This document shows, one piece after another, positions 11,687 through 26,290 of a stretch of 64,000 nucleotides of DNA. The notes beneath the pieces are model-generated. The model did not search any database, was not told the DNA's origin, and worked only from the letters and a program-made list of their open reading frames with translations. The stretch lies in NCBI RefSeq assembly GCF_055900595.2, contig NZ_CM148325.1, one strand, 5' to 3'. Each line of letters begins with the position of its first letter. Position 1 is the first letter of the stretch. The position numbers and the translations under genes were made by a program.

Positions 11687-12076
11687 ATGAAATATAATAC
11701 GATGAATAACAACGAAATTATTTTATCACTGTGCGCTCGCATTAAAGAAACGCGTATCTCATTATCATTGACCCAACAGCAGTTAGCCGAGCGTGCATTG
11801 GTGGGCATAGCAACGGTCAAGCGGATTGAAAAGGGGGGAAGTTTAAATCTTGATACTCTCATTTCTCTTCTGCGCGCGCTGAATAAATTGCAAAATCTCG
11901 ATGCCATATTGTTCGAAGCAGAAATGCGTAATTTCAACGAAAATAGTTCCAGCGGCGAAGGGGCAGGGCGACTACAGGTACGCCAGCAACTGACAGATTT
12001 AAACCAGAAGTCTCCAGCCCCGCACGCAGATGACCATAATTTTAGTACGGCGCTGGAAAATACCCTCTGCTGGTGA
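11687..12076 (+). CDS. XRE-family helix-turn-helix transcriptional regulator
   Basis: 129 aa; HTH segment LSLTQQQLAERALVGIATVKRIEKG; AGGA 8 nt upstream of ATG 11687; follows sdaA-like stop directly. Confidence 0.65.
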   Translation: MKYNTMNNNEIILSLCARIKETRISLSLTQQQLAERALVGIATVKRIEKGGSLNLDTLISLLRALNKLQNLDAILFEAEMRNFNENSSSGEGAGRLQVRQQLTDLNQKSPAPHADDHNFSTALENTLCW

Positions 12077-12946
<870 letters not shown>

Positions 12947-13170
12947 TCATCATACCGTTTATTCAATGTGCTGTGAGTAACTTTCACTTCCGTATATACA
13001 TAACGATGTTTTAACATCTGCTGATGAAAGGCAGCGGCAATTACAATAATTATCGCTGTGAATACTGGATTATGTGCGCCGCCTCACGCACAATAATCAG
13101 GCTGTAAATCAGCTTAATAACTTTGCCCCCACGCAGGGCGGAGGCGTCACACCTGCAGGAGAAATCATAA

Positions 13171-13839
13171 ATGCCATCACTCAGTAAAGAAGCGGCCCTG
13201 GTTCATGAAGCGTTAGTTGCGCGAGGACTGGAAACACCGCTGCGCCCGCCCGTGCATGAAATGGATAACGAAACGCGCAAAAGCCTTATTGCTGGTCATA
13301 TGACCGAAATCATGCAGCTGCTGAATCTCGACCTGGCTGATGACAGTTTGATGGAAACGCCGCATCGCATCGCTAAAATGTATGTCGATGAAATTTTCTC
13401 CGGTCTGGATTACGCCAATTTCCCGAAAATCACCCTCATTGAAAACAAAATGAAGGTTGATGAAATGGTCACCGTGCGCGATATCACCCTGACCAGTACC
13501 TGTGAACACCATTTTGTTACCATCGATGGCAAAGCGACGGTGGCTTATATCCCGAAAGATTCGGTGATCGGTCTGTCAAAAATTAACCGTATCGTGCAGT
13601 TCTTTGCCCAGCGTCCGCAGGTGCAGGAACGTCTGACGCAGCAAATTCTCATTGCGCTACAAACGCTGCTGGGCACCAATAACGTGGCTGTCTCTATCGA
13701 TGCGGTACATTACTGCGTGAAGGCGCGCGGCATCCGCGATGCAACCAGTGCCACGACAACGACCTCTCTTGGTGGATTGTTCAAATCCAGTCAGAATACG
13801 CGCCACGAGTTTCTGCGCGCTGTGCGTCATCACAACTGA
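13171..13839 (+). CDS. folE: GTP cyclohydrolase I
   Basis: 222 aa [27 protein letters not shown]...; family signature CEHH. Confidence 0.95.
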
Positions 13840-13855
13840 TTAAAAGGCAGGAACC

Positions 13856-15013
13856 ATGGAGCGCAACGTCACGCTCGATTTTGTTCGCGGCGTCGCCATT
13901 CTGGGGATCCTGCTATTAAACATCAGCGCCTTTGGGTTACCAAAGGCGGCTTATCTCAATCCCGCCTGGTACGGCGCTATTACGCCGCAGGATGCATGGA
14001 CCTGGGCATTACTCGATCTCATCGGTCAGGTGAAATTCCTCACGCTTTTTGCGTTGCTGTTTGGTGCTGGCCTGCAAATGTTGCTACCCCGTGGCAAACG
14101 CTGGATCCAGTCGCGGTTAACACTGTTAGTCTTGTTGGGCTTTATTCACGGTTTATTGTTCTGGGACGGCGATATTCTGTTGGCTTACGGGCTGGTGGGC
14201 TTAATCTGTTGGCGGCTGGTGCGCGATGCGCCATCGGTAAAAAGCCTGTTTAATACCGGCGTCATGCTTTATCTGGTGGGGCTTGGCGTTTTGCTGTTGT
14301 TGGGGTTGATTTCAGACAGTCAGACCAGCCGCGCCTGGACGCCGGATGCATCGGCTATTTTGTATGAAAAATACTGGAAGCTTCATGGCGGCGTTGAAGC
14401 GATCGGTAACCGTGCCGATGGAGTTGGGAACAGTTTACTGGCACTGGGCGCACAGTATGGCTGGCAACTGGCAGGGATGATGCTAATTGGCGCGGCGCTG
14501 ATGCGCAGTGGCTGGCTGAAAGGGCAGTTTAGCTTGCGCCATTATCGGCGTACCGGTTTTGTGCTGGTGGCGATTGGGGTGATCATTAACCTTCCAGCGA
14601 TCGCCCTGCAATGGCGGCTGGACTGGGCATATCGCTGGTGCGCCTTCTTACTTCAGATGCCGCGGGAACTGAGTGCGCCGTTTCAGGCGGTTGGCTATGC
14701 GTCGCTGTTTTATGGTTTCTGGCCGCAATTGAGCCGCTTTAAGCTGGTGCTCGCGATCGCCTGCGTCGGACGGATGGCGCTGACCAACTATCTATTGCAA
14801 ACGCTGATTTGTACCACGCTTTTTTATCACCTCGGTTTGTTTATGCAGTTTGACCGTCTGGAATTGCTGGCGTTTGTTATTCCGGTATGGCTGGCGAATA
14901 TTCTCTTCTCTGTTATCTGGCTGCGTTACTTCCGTCATGGGCCGGTGGAATGGCTCTGGCGTCAGTTAACTTTACGTGCTGCCGGACCTGCATTATCTAA
15001 AACATCAAGATAA
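13856..15013 (+). CDS. yeiB: Inner membrane protein YeiB (DUF418)
   Basis: 385 aa polytopic membrane ORF immediately downstream of folE. Confidence 0.88.
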   Translation: MERNVTLDFVRGVAILGILLLNISAFGLPKAAYLNPAWYGAITPQDAWTWALLDLIGQVKFLTLFALLFGAGLQMLLPRGKRWIQSRLTLLVLLGFIHGLLFWDGDILLAYGLVGLICWRLVRDAPSVKSLFNTGVMLYLVGLGVLLLLGLISDSQTSRAWTPDASAILYEKYWKLHGGVEAIGNRADGVGNSLLALGAQYGWQLAGMMLIGAALMRSGWLKGQFSLRHYRRTGFVLVAIGVIINLPAIALQWRLDWAYRWCAFLLQMPRELSAPFQAVGYASLFYGFWPQLSRFKLVLAIACVGRMALTNYLLQTLICTTLFYHLGLFMQFDRLELLAFVIPVWLANILFSVIWLRYFRHGPVEWLWRQLTLRAAGPALSKTSR

Positions 15014-15154
15014 CGATCTGGATCACATTCATTAACAAAATGGTTGTAACCGTTTCCATTGCTGTGACTCGATTCACGAAGTCCTGAATTCAGTGCTGAC
15101 AAAATAGCCGCCAGCAAGCAGGCATTTACTGCAATCTCATAACAGGTAGTGAAT

Positions 15155-16195
15155 ATGATCACCATTCGTGATGTAGCGCGTCAGGCTGGCGTCTCTGTGG
15201 CAACGGTTTCCCGGGTGCTCAATAACAGCACGCTGGTCAGTGCCGACACGCGTGAAGCAGTAATGAAAGCAGTGAGCGAGCTGGATTATCGGCCAAACGC
15301 CAATGCCCAGGCGCTGGCAACTCAGGTTAGCGATACCATTGGCGTGGTGGTGATGGACGTTTCTGATGCGTTTTTCGGCGCGCTGGTAAAAGCGGTGGAT
15401 CTCGTCGCCCAGCAGCACCAGAAATATGTGCTAATAGGTAATAGCTATCATGAAGCGGAAAAAGAGCGTCATGCCATTGAGGTGTTAATTCGCCAGCGTT
15501 GTAACGCGTTGATTGTTCATTCAAAAGCGTTAAGCGATGATGAATTAGCGCAGTTTATGGATAACATTCCCGGTATGGTGTTAATCAACCGCGTTGTGCC
15601 AGGTTACGCCCATCGTTGCGTTTGCCTGGATAATCTCAGTGGTGCCCGAATGGCCACGCGCATGTTGCTCAATAATGGTCATCAACGTATTGGTTATCTT
15701 TCTTCCAGCCACGGCATTGAAGATGATGCCATGCGCAAAGCAGGCTGGATGAGTGCGTTGAAAGAGCAGGATATTATTCCGTCGGAAAGCTGGATTGGCA
15801 CTGGCACCCCGGACATGCCAGGCGGTGAGGCGGCGATGGTTGAACTGCTGGGGCGCAATCTACACCTTACCGCTGTATTTGCATACAACGACAATATGGC
15901 CGCTGGCGCACTGACGGCATTAAAAGATAATGGTATTGCGATTCCGTTACATCTCTCAATCATCGGTTTCGATGATATTCCCATCGCTCGTTACACCGAC
16001 CCACAATTAACGACCGTGCGTTATCCTATTGCTTCGATGGCAAAATTAGCTACCGAACTGGCCTTACAAGGGGCAGCAGGCAACATTGATCCTCACGCCA
16101 GCCACTGTTTTATGCCGACGTTAGTGCGTCGCCATTCTGTCGCAACGCGCCAGAATGCGGCAGCGATCACTAACTCAACAAATCAGTCGATGTAA
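15155..16195 (+). CDS. galS: LacI/GalR-family repressor GalS (mgl-gal isorepressor)
   Basis: ATG at 15155 gives [24 protein letters not shown] (346 aa); ORF track starts at GTG two codons upstream. Confidence 0.93.
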   Translation: MITIRDVARQAGVSVATVSRVLNNSTLVSADTREAVMKAVSELDYRPNANAQALATQVSDTIGVVVMDVSDAFFGALVKAVDLVAQQHQKYVLIGNSYHEAEKERHAIEVLIRQRCNALIVHSKALSDDELAQFMDNIPGMVLINRVVPGYAHRCVCLDNLSGARMATRMLLNNGHQRIGYLSSSHGIEDDAMRKAGWMSALKEQDIIPSESWIGTGTPDMPGGEAAMVELLGRNLHLTAVFAYNDNMAAGALTALKDNGIAIPLHLSIIGFDDIPIARYTDPQLTTVRYPIASMAKLATELALQGAAGNIDPHASHCFMPTLVRRHSVATRQNAAAITNSTNQSM

Positions 16196-16205
16196 CCGCT
16201 TTCAA
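16190..16205. promoter_or_regulatory. GalR/GalS operator-like site overlapping galS stop codon
   Basis: ATGTAACCGCTTTCAA matches GTGKAANCGNTTNCAC core. Confidence 0.65.
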
Positions 16206-16207
16206 TC

Positions 16208-16223
16208 TGTGAGTGATTTCACA
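16208..16223. promoter_or_regulatory. CRP-binding-site consensus TGTGA-N6-TCACA upstream of mglB
   Basis: TGTGAGTGATTTCACA read directly; mgl operon is CRP-activated. Confidence 0.7.
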
Positions 16224-16474
16224 GTATATTAACAATGCGATAGCTATGATTGCACCGTTCTAACGCTGTAACCTGCATGTAACAGTGAATCATCACTTTC
16301 ACCGAGGTAATAGCGTCATAACAACAATTAAAGCCGTTTTCTGGAGCGTTACCGGGCATGGAAGAACGAATTTTAAAAAGTGAGCTTCGGCGTTCAGTAA
16401 CACTTCATTAACTCTACTGCCCCGCCGAGCATTTATCTCAAGCACTACCCTGCATAAGAAAAACCGGAGATACC

Positions 16475-17473
16475 ATGAATAAGAAGGTGTTAACCCTGTC
16501 TGCTGTAATGGCCAGTATGTTATTCGGTGCCACTGCACACGCTGCTGATACCCGTATTGGTGTAACAATCTATAAGTACGACGATAACTTTATGTCTGTT
16601 GTGCGCAAGGCTATCGAACAAGATGCGAAAGCCGCGCCAGATGTTCAGCTGCTGATGAATGATTCTCAGAATGACCAGTCCAAGCAGAACGATCAGATCG
16701 ACGTATTGCTGGCGAAAGGGGTGAAGGCACTGGCAATCAACCTGGTTGACCCGGCAGCTGCGGGTACGGTGATTGAGAAAGCGCGTGGGCAAAACGTGCC
16801 GGTGGTTTTCTTTAACAAAGAACCGTCTCGTAAGGCGCTGGATAGCTACGATAAAGCCTACTATGTTGGCACTGACTCCAAAGAGTCCGGCATTATTCAG
16901 GGCGATTTGATTGCTAAGCATTGGGCGGCAAACCAGGGTTGGGATCTCAACAAAGACGGTCAGATTCAATTCGTACTGCTGAAAGGTGAACCGGGCCATC
17001 CGGATGCAGAAGCACGCACCACTTACGTGATTAAAGAGCTGAACGACAAAGGCATCAAAACTGAACAGTTACAGTTAGATACCGCTATGTGGGATACCGC
17101 TCAGGCGAAAGATAAGATGGACGCCTGGCTGTCTGGCCCGAACGCCAACAAAATCGAAGTGGTTATCGCCAACAACGATGCGATGGCAATGGGCGCAGTA
17201 GAAGCACTGAAAGCACACAACAAGTCCAGCATTCCAGTGTTTGGTGTCGATGCGCTGCCAGAAGCTCTGGCACTGGTGAAATCCGGTGCACTGGCGGGCA
17301 CCGTATTGAACGACGCTAACAACCAGGCGAAAGCGACTTTTGATCTGGCGAAAAACCTGGCCGATGGCAAAGGTGCGGCTGATGGTACCAACTGGAAAAT
17401 CGACAACAAAGTGGTCCGCGTACCTTACGTTGGCGTAGATAAAGACAACCTGGCTGAATTCAGCAAGAAATAA
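16475..17473 (+). CDS. mglB: Galactose/glucose ABC transporter periplasmic binding protein
   Basis: 332 aa with signal peptide [23 protein letters not shown]. Confidence 0.95.
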   Translation: MNKKVLTLSAVMASMLFGATAHAADTRIGVTIYKYDDNFMSVVRKAIEQDAKAAPDVQLLMNDSQNDQSKQNDQIDVLLAKGVKALAINLVDPAAAGTVIEKARGQNVPVVFFNKEPSRKALDSYDKAYYVGTDSKESGIIQGDLIAKHWAANQGWDLNKDGQIQFVLLKGEPGHPDAEARTTYVIKELNDKGIKTEQLQLDTAMWDTAQAKDKMDAWLSGPNANKIEVVIANNDAMAMGAVEALKAHNKSSIPVFGVDALPEALALVKSGALAGTVLNDANNQAKATFDLAKNLADGKGAADGTNWKIDNKVVRVPYVGVDKDNLAEFSKK

Positions 17474-17481
17474 GACTGATT

Positions 17482-17510
17482 GGGCGCAGTCATTTACTGC
17501 GCCCTTATTG
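17482..17510 (+). terminator. Intra-operon hairpin between mglB and mglA (partial terminator/attenuator)
   Basis: GGGCGCAGT-CATTT-ACTGCGCCC followed by TTATTG. Confidence 0.6.
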
Positions 17511-17533
17511 TATGGCCAACAAGGTAAAATTAT

Positions 17534-19054
17534 ATGGTCAGCTCAACGACTCCGTCTTCCGGGGAATACTTGTTGGAAATGAGCGGTATCAACAAGTCTT
17601 TTCCGGGTGTTAAGGCACTTGATAACGTTAATTTAAAAGTCCGGCCACATTCTATCCATGCATTAATGGGGGAAAACGGCGCAGGAAAATCAACATTATT
17701 AAAATGCCTGTTTGGTATTTATCAAAAAGACTCCGGCACCATTTTGTTCCAGGGTAAAGAGATCGATTTTCATTCTGCCAAAGAAGCACTGGAAAATGGT
17801 ATTTCGATGGTACACCAGGAATTAAACCTGGTATTACAACGTTCGGTGATGGACAACATGTGGCTGGGGCGATATCCCACCAAAGGCATGTTTGTCGATC
17901 AGGACAAAATGTACCGCGAAACCAAAGCGATTTTTGATGAGCTGGATATTGATATCGATCCGCGTGCGCGCGTCGGCACATTATCCGTTTCGCAAATGCA
18001 GATGATCGAAATCGCCAAAGCGTTTTCCTATAACGCGAAAATTGTGATTATGGATGAACCGACATCTTCGTTAACTGAAAAAGAGGTCAATCATCTTTTC
18101 ACTATTATTCGTAAATTAAAAGAGCGCGGTTGCGGTATTGTTTATATCTCGCATAAAATGGAAGAAATCTTCCAGTTATGTGATGAAGTCACCGTATTGC
18201 GCGACGGTCAGTGGATCGCTACCGAACCGCTGGCAGGGCTAACGATGGACAAGATCATCGCCATGATGGTTGGACGCTCTCTTAACCAGCGTTTCCCTGA
18301 CAAAGAAAACAAGCCGGGCGAAGTGATTCTGGAAGTGCGTAATCTGACGTCGCTGCGCCAGCCGTCGATTCGCGATGTCTCGTTTGATCTGCATAAAGGG
18401 GAGATCCTCGGTATTGCCGGTCTGGTGGGGGCGAAACGTACCGATATTGTTGAGACGTTATTTGGTATTCGCGAGAAATCGGCTGGCACCATTACGTTGC
18501 ACGGTAAAAAGATCAATAACCATAACGCTAACGAAGCCATAAACCACGGATTTGCACTGGTAACTGAAGAGCGCCGCTCAACGGGAATTTATGCCTATCT
18601 GGATATTGGCTTTAACTCGTTAATTTCCAATATCCGCAACTACAAAAATAAAGTTGGCTTGCTGGATAACTCGCGGATGAAAAGCGATACCCAGTGGGTA
18701 ATTGATTCGATGCGGGTAAAAACGCCGGGACATCGTACGCAAATTGGTTCACTCTCCGGCGGTAATCAGCAAAAGGTAATTATTGGGCGCTGGCTGCTTA
18801 CGCAACCAGAAATATTAATGCTCGATGAACCAACGCGCGGTATTGATGTCGGAGCGAAGTTTGAAATTTATCAGTTAATTGCCGAACTGGCGAAGAAAGG
18901 CAAGGGGATTATTATTATTTCCTCCGAAATGCCAGAGTTGTTAGGGATAACAGACCGTATTCTGGTCATGAGCAATGGTCTCGTTTCCGGAATTGTCGAT
19001 ACAAAAACAACAACGCAAAACGAAATTCTGCGTCTTGCGTCTTTGCACCTTTAA
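17534..19054 (+). CDS. mglA: Galactose/methyl-galactoside ABC transporter ATP-binding protein (tandem ABC domains)
   Basis: 506 aa; Walker [10 protein letters not shown] and second ABC domain. Confidence 0.95.
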   Translation: MVSSTTPSSGEYLLEMSGINKSFPGVKALDNVNLKVRPHSIHALMGENGAGKSTLLKCLFGIYQKDSGTILFQGKEIDFHSAKEALENGISMVHQELNLVLQRSVMDNMWLGRYPTKGMFVDQDKMYRETKAIFDELDIDIDPRARVGTLSVSQMQMIEIAKAFSYNAKIVIMDEPTSSLTEKEVNHLFTIIRKLKERGCGIVYISHKMEEIFQLCDEVTVLRDGQWIATEPLAGLTMDKIIAMMVGRSLNQRFPDKENKPGEVILEVRNLTSLRQPSIRDVSFDLHKGEILGIAGLVGAKRTDIVETLFGIREKSAGTITLHGKKINNHNANEAINHGFALVTEERRSTGIYAYLDIGFNSLISNIRNYKNKVGLLDNSRMKSDTQWVIDSMRVKTPGHRTQIGSLSGGNQQKVIIGRWLLTQPEILMLDEPTRGIDVGAKFEIYQLIAELAKKGKGIIIISSEMPELLGITDRILVMSNGLVSGIVDTKTTTQNEILRLASLHL

Positions 19055-19069
19055 GATTAGGGGCCTCCC

Positions 19070-20080
19070 ATGAGTGCGTTAAATAAGAAAAGTTTTCTTA
19101 CTTACCTGAAAGAGGGCGGTATTTACGTCGTTCTTTTAGTTTTGCTGGCGATTATTATTTTCCAGGACCCAACTTTTTTAAGTCTGTTGAACTTAAGTAA
19201 TATTCTCACCCAGTCATCGGTGCGTATTATTATCGCGCTTGGTGTGGCAGGATTAATTGTCACCCAGGGGACCGACCTTTCTGCGGGACGTCAGGTAGGG
19301 CTGGCAGCCGTGGTGGCAGCGACGTTATTGCAGTCCATGGATAACGCTAACAAAGTATTCCCGGAAATGGCGACGATGCCGATTGCGCTGGTAATTCTGA
19401 TTGTCTGTGCCATTGGCGCGGTGATCGGTTTGATCAACGGCCTGATTATCGCTTATCTCAACGTGACGCCATTCATTACCACGCTCGGCACGATGATTAT
19501 CGTCTACGGCATCAACTCGCTCTATTACGACTTTGTCGGGGCGTCGCCAATTTCTGGTTTTGACAGTGGTTTCTCTACCTTTGCTCAGGGCTTTGTTGCG
19601 CTGGGGAGCTTCCGTCTCTCTTACATCACTTTCTACGCGTTGATTGCGGTGGCATTCGTCTGGGTGTTGTGGAACAAAACCCGTTTCGGTAAGAACATTT
19701 TTGCCATTGGCGGTAACCCGGAAGCGGCGAAAGTTTCTGGTGTCAACGTTGGCCTGAACCTGCTGATGATCTACGCGTTGTCTGGTGTGTTCTATGCCTT
19801 TGGCGGGATGTTAGAAGCCGGCCGTATCGGCTCTGCCACCAACAACCTCGGCTTTATGTATGAGCTGGATGCTATCGCAGCGTGTGTGGTGGGCGGTGTA
19901 TCGTTCAGCGGTGGTGTAGGGACGGTGATTGGTGTGGTGACCGGGGTAATTATCTTTACCGTCATCAACTATGGCCTGACGTATATCGGCGTAAACCCAT
20001 ACTGGCAGTACATCATCAAAGGGGCGATTATTATCTTCGCCGTAGCGCTGGATTCACTGAAATACGCGCGTAAGAAATGA
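19070..20080 (+). CDS. mglC: Galactose ABC transporter permease
   Basis: 336 aa polytopic membrane ORF following mglA. Confidence 0.93.
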   Translation: MSALNKKSFLTYLKEGGIYVVLLVLLAIIIFQDPTFLSLLNLSNILTQSSVRIIIALGVAGLIVTQGTDLSAGRQVGLAAVVAATLLQSMDNANKVFPEMATMPIALVILIVCAIGAVIGLINGLIIAYLNVTPFITTLGTMIIVYGINSLYYDFVGASPISGFDSGFSTFAQGFVALGSFRLSYITFYALIAVAFVWVLWNKTRFGKNIFAIGGNPEAAKVSGVNVGLNLLMIYALSGVFYAFGGMLEAGRIGSATNNLGFMYELDAIAACVVGGVSFSGGVGTVIGVVTGVIIFTVINYGLTYIGVNPYWQYIIKGAIIIFAVALDSLKYARKK

Positions 20081-20092
20081 TGTGAATGTGGG

Positions 20093-20140
20093 TATTGCCG
20101 GATGCGCCGCATCCGGCAATCGGTGCCAAATGCCGGATGC
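20093..20140. repeat. REP-like palindromic element downstream of mglC
   Basis: GCCGGATGCGCCGCATCCGGCAA ... GCCGGATGCG motifs. Confidence 0.7.
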
Positions 20141-20150
20141 GTCTCTGATT

Positions 20151-21386
20151 TTACAACGTTACCGGGTGTTCTTTCTCTCCCTTCTTAAACTTCACTTCCC
20201 CGAGATCAATACAACCAACCGGGCAAACATGACCACAAAGCAGACAACCCACGCACTTCTCGGTATTACAATGCGGTGTGCGCGTTTTCTCGCTCCATTC
20301 CATCGCCTGGTGACCGCCGTCGTAACAGGAAATATAACAGCGTCCACAGCCAACACATTTATCGAGATTGATATGGGGATAGACGATATAGCTACGGTCT
20401 AAATCTTCCGCCGGGACAATATTGTGATTCGCCAGACCTACCATCTCCTGCAACGAATCAAATCCCTGATCGGCGAGATAATGCGATAACCCGCTCGCCA
20501 TATCTTCCACTATCCGATACCCGTACTGCATAATGCCGGTGGTCACCTGTAACGTTGCTGCGCCGAGCAATAAAAACTCCGCAGCATCTTCCCAGGTTTC
20601 AATACCGCCGATACCGCTGATCGGGAAATCGCGCAGCTCTGGATGGGTGCGCATTTGCTGAATAAAGCGTAGGGCGATCGGTTTTACCGCTTTACCGGAA
20701 TATCCGGAAATACTCGATTTACCGTTAACGATCGGCATACCAATTTTCTGATTAAGATCGATATTGGTAATGGATTTAACGGTGTTAATCGCCGCAATGC
20801 CATCTGCGCCGCCGCGTTTTGCCGCCAGCGCCACTTCGCACATATCACCGATATTTGGCGTCATCTTCGCCAGCATCGGCAGCTTAGAACCGCGTTTCAC
20901 CGCCCGACAATATTTTTCTACCAGTTCCGGGCTTTGCCCGACATCACTACCCATCGCATGAGAAGTCATTTGCGGACAGGAGAAGTTACACTCGATCATA
21001 TCGGCGCCAGCTTCTTGCACTAGCCGCGCCAGATCCTCCCACTGCTGTTCATTTTCGCCCATGATCGAAGCTATCAATACTTTGTCCGGATAATCTTCTT
21101 TCAGCCGACGCAGGGCGGCCAGATTCTCCTCCAGAGGATGTTCGGCAATCTGCTCCATATTTTTGAAGCCGATAAAACCGGTATCTTCTTTCACCAGATG
21201 ATCAAAACGTGGTGAGACTTCGTTGGCGATAAAAAAGCCGATCGTTTTAAATACCACGCCACCCCAGCCCGTGTCGTAGGCTTTGGCGCACATCTCATAG
21301 CAGTTGCCTACCGGCGAAGAAGAGAGGCAGAACGGGTTGGGAAACTTCACGCCGCAAAAGGTAATCGAAAGATCTTTCGTTAACAT
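20151..21386 (-). CDS. preA: NAD-dependent dihydropyrimidine dehydrogenase subunit PreA
   Basis: [26 protein letters not shown]...; C-terminal 4Fe-4S cysteine clusters; start taken at second Met of ORF. Confidence 0.9.
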   Translation of the reverse strand: MLTKDLSITFCGVKFPNPFCLSSSPVGNCYEMCAKAYDTGWGGVVFKTIGFFIANEVSPRFDHLVKEDTGFIGFKNMEQIAEHPLEENLAALRRLKEDYPDKVLIASIMGENEQQWEDLARLVQEAGADMIECNFSCPQMTSHAMGSDVGQSPELVEKYCRAVKRGSKLPMLAKMTPNIGDMCEVALAAKRGGADGIAAINTVKSITNIDLNQKIGMPIVNGKSSISGYSGKAVKPIALRFIQQMRTHPELRDFPISGIGGIETWEDAAEFLLLGAATLQVTTGIMQYGYRIVEDMASGLSHYLADQGFDSLQEMVGLANHNIVPAEDLDRSYIVYPHINLDKCVGCGRCYISCYDGGHQAMEWSEKTRTPHCNTEKCVGCLLCGHVCPVGCIDLGEVKFKKGEKEHPVTL

Positions 21387-22618
21387 GAGCAAGCTCCCTC
21401 TAAATAGTGATGAATCGCCTCGGCGGCTTCTTTCCCGGTTTTCACGGCATAAACCACGGTTTTGTCACCCTCAACAATATCGCCAGCAGCAAAGACTTGC
21501 GGGTCGCGGGTCTGGTAATTTTGTGTTTTGATGGTGTTACGCTGCGGCTCTAACTCCGCAAAGGCATCCAGTCTGGCATGCTGACCGACGGCGAGAATAA
21601 TTTTATCTGCCGCCATCGTCAGTTCGCCCGGTAAGCGTACATGCTTAAACGTGACTTTATTGCCTTCCACGGCCACTGGTGTGAATCCATCGATGATCGA
21701 AACGCCCAACTCCCGGGCGCTGGCAAACTCTTTTTCGCTTGCCGGAAACTCATCTAACTCTTCACGTGCTACGCAGGTTACCGCCTGACAGCCGAGAACT
21801 TTCAGCGTGCTGGCAACGTCCATCGCGACATCACCGCCGCCGATAATTAATGCGCTTTGTGGAATGCTGATATCGCCCTGCGCCTGCCGTGCACGTTGCA
21901 AGAAGTCGACGGCAATCTCAACGTCGCTATGCTCAAACAGCGGTAGCCCGGAACCGCCCGACAACCCTACGGTGACAAGTACTGCGCGGTTTTCCGCTTT
22001 CAGTTGCTCCAGGGTGAGTACTTTACCGATTTCGTTATTGCACTTAATGGTCACCCCCATTTTTTCGATACGGGCGATCTCTGCATCCAGCACGGTTTGC
22101 GGCAAACGAAATTGCGGAATACCGTTACACAGCCAGCCACCGGGTTGCGCTTCTTTTTCATAAATAGTGACGTCGTACCCCATATTTGTCAGCGTCACGC
22201 TGGCCTGCAATCCAGCAGGACCTGCGCCAATAATGGCGACTTTGCCGAGCGTTTTAGTACCAGGCTGATAAATTTCCATCCCGGTTTGTTGTTCAAAATC
22301 AGTGATAAAACGCTGTAAGCGACCGATATCAATGGGATCATCAACACCGGCACGGGTACAACCGCTTTGACATAATTTCTCCGTCGGGCACACTCTGGCA
22401 CAAACGGCACCGAGGGCATTATTTTCGCGAATTGTCTCGGCAGCGCCTTTAAAATTACGAAAGTAGATTGAGCGTATAAATTTCCCCGGATCGGTTTGTG
22501 CCGGGCAAGCCTGACTACAGGGCGCGTCGTGACATAATAAACAGCGAGAGGCTTCTTTAATCGCCAGTAAAGGCGTAAAAGCCGGAGTGAGTTCATCCAG
22601 ATAATTTTGTTGCGGCAT
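21380..22618 (-). CDS. preT: Dihydropyrimidine dehydrogenase subunit PreT
   Basis: 412 aa [14 protein letters not shown]...; FAD/NAD Rossmann GAGPAG; overlaps preA start (coupling). Confidence 0.9.
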   Translation of the reverse strand: MPQQNYLDELTPAFTPLLAIKEASRCLLCHDAPCSQACPAQTDPGKFIRSIYFRNFKGAAETIRENNALGAVCARVCPTEKLCQSGCTRAGVDDPIDIGRLQRFITDFEQQTGMEIYQPGTKTLGKVAIIGAGPAGLQASVTLTNMGYDVTIYEKEAQPGGWLCNGIPQFRLPQTVLDAEIARIEKMGVTIKCNNEIGKVLTLEQLKAENRAVLVTVGLSGGSGLPLFEHSDVEIAVDFLQRARQAQGDISIPQSALIIGGGDVAMDVASTLKVLGCQAVTCVAREELDEFPASEKEFASARELGVSIIDGFTPVAVEGNKVTFKHVRLPGELTMAADKIILAVGQHARLDAFAELEPQRNTIKTQNYQTRDPQVFAAGDIVEGDKTVVYAVKTGKEAAEAIHHYLEGACSC

Positions 22619-22650
22619 GTGATCTTCCTTAATGCTATGAGTAATTAAGG

Positions 22651-22780
22651 CGAACGCTAAATATACTCGTCATACTTCAAGTTGCATGTGCTGCGTCTGC
22701 GTTAGCTCACCCCAGTCACTTGTCGCCTTCCTGCAACTCGAATTATTTAGAGCATAAATATTGCTTGCTGATATTAAGGC
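22651..22780. repeat. ERIC (IRU) intergenic repeat
   Basis: Contains GTCATACTTCAAGTTGCA ... GCTCACCCCAGTCACTT core recognised from ERIC consensus (reverse orientation). Confidence 0.7.
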
Positions 22781-22803
22781 TAAGCGTGTGGGGAAATTTA
22801 AAC

Positions 22804-22819
22804 TGTGAAAGCATTCACA
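22804..22819. promoter_or_regulatory. Perfect CRP half-site pair TGTGA-AAGCAT-TCACA upstream of preTA
   Basis: Read directly; about 190 bp upstream of preT start codon. Confidence 0.55.
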
Positions 22820-22904
22820 AATAGCTGCGGTTCAGAATGTTATATCCGCAGCTTATTGACTGAAGTAATAATTATTCTCAATAATTAACAGGGGAGGGAC
22901 AATA

Positions 22905-23981
<1,077 letters not shown>

Positions 23982-24013
23982 TGATGCGACGTTTATCAGT
24001 GTGTCAGACCTGA

Positions 24014-24940
<927 letters not shown>

Positions 24941-25069
24941 GGCGTTGCCTCATAATCATGTAATGGGATAACAGTTTACGAACCCGTTATGGCTTTATAT
25001 GTGATCTGAATCTCATTAATTGTGCAACGAATGAAACTTACATCAAAAATGCGCGACGCATCGCAAATT

Positions 25070-26196
<1,127 letters not shown>

Positions 26197-26290
26197 TTAA
26201 TTCGTAAAACGTGCTACCGATCACATTAAGAATTCTCAGCATAGTTGAATTACAGGGAAGTAACATCGGGCGAGTGCCCAGTTCAGCACA

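Noticed and set aside
7855-12076. Possibility that the cirA-yeiG islet is a prophage remnant or integrative element
   Set aside because: No integrase, recombinase, tRNA target, phage structural genes or evident flanking direct repeats; content is purely metabolic and regulatory.
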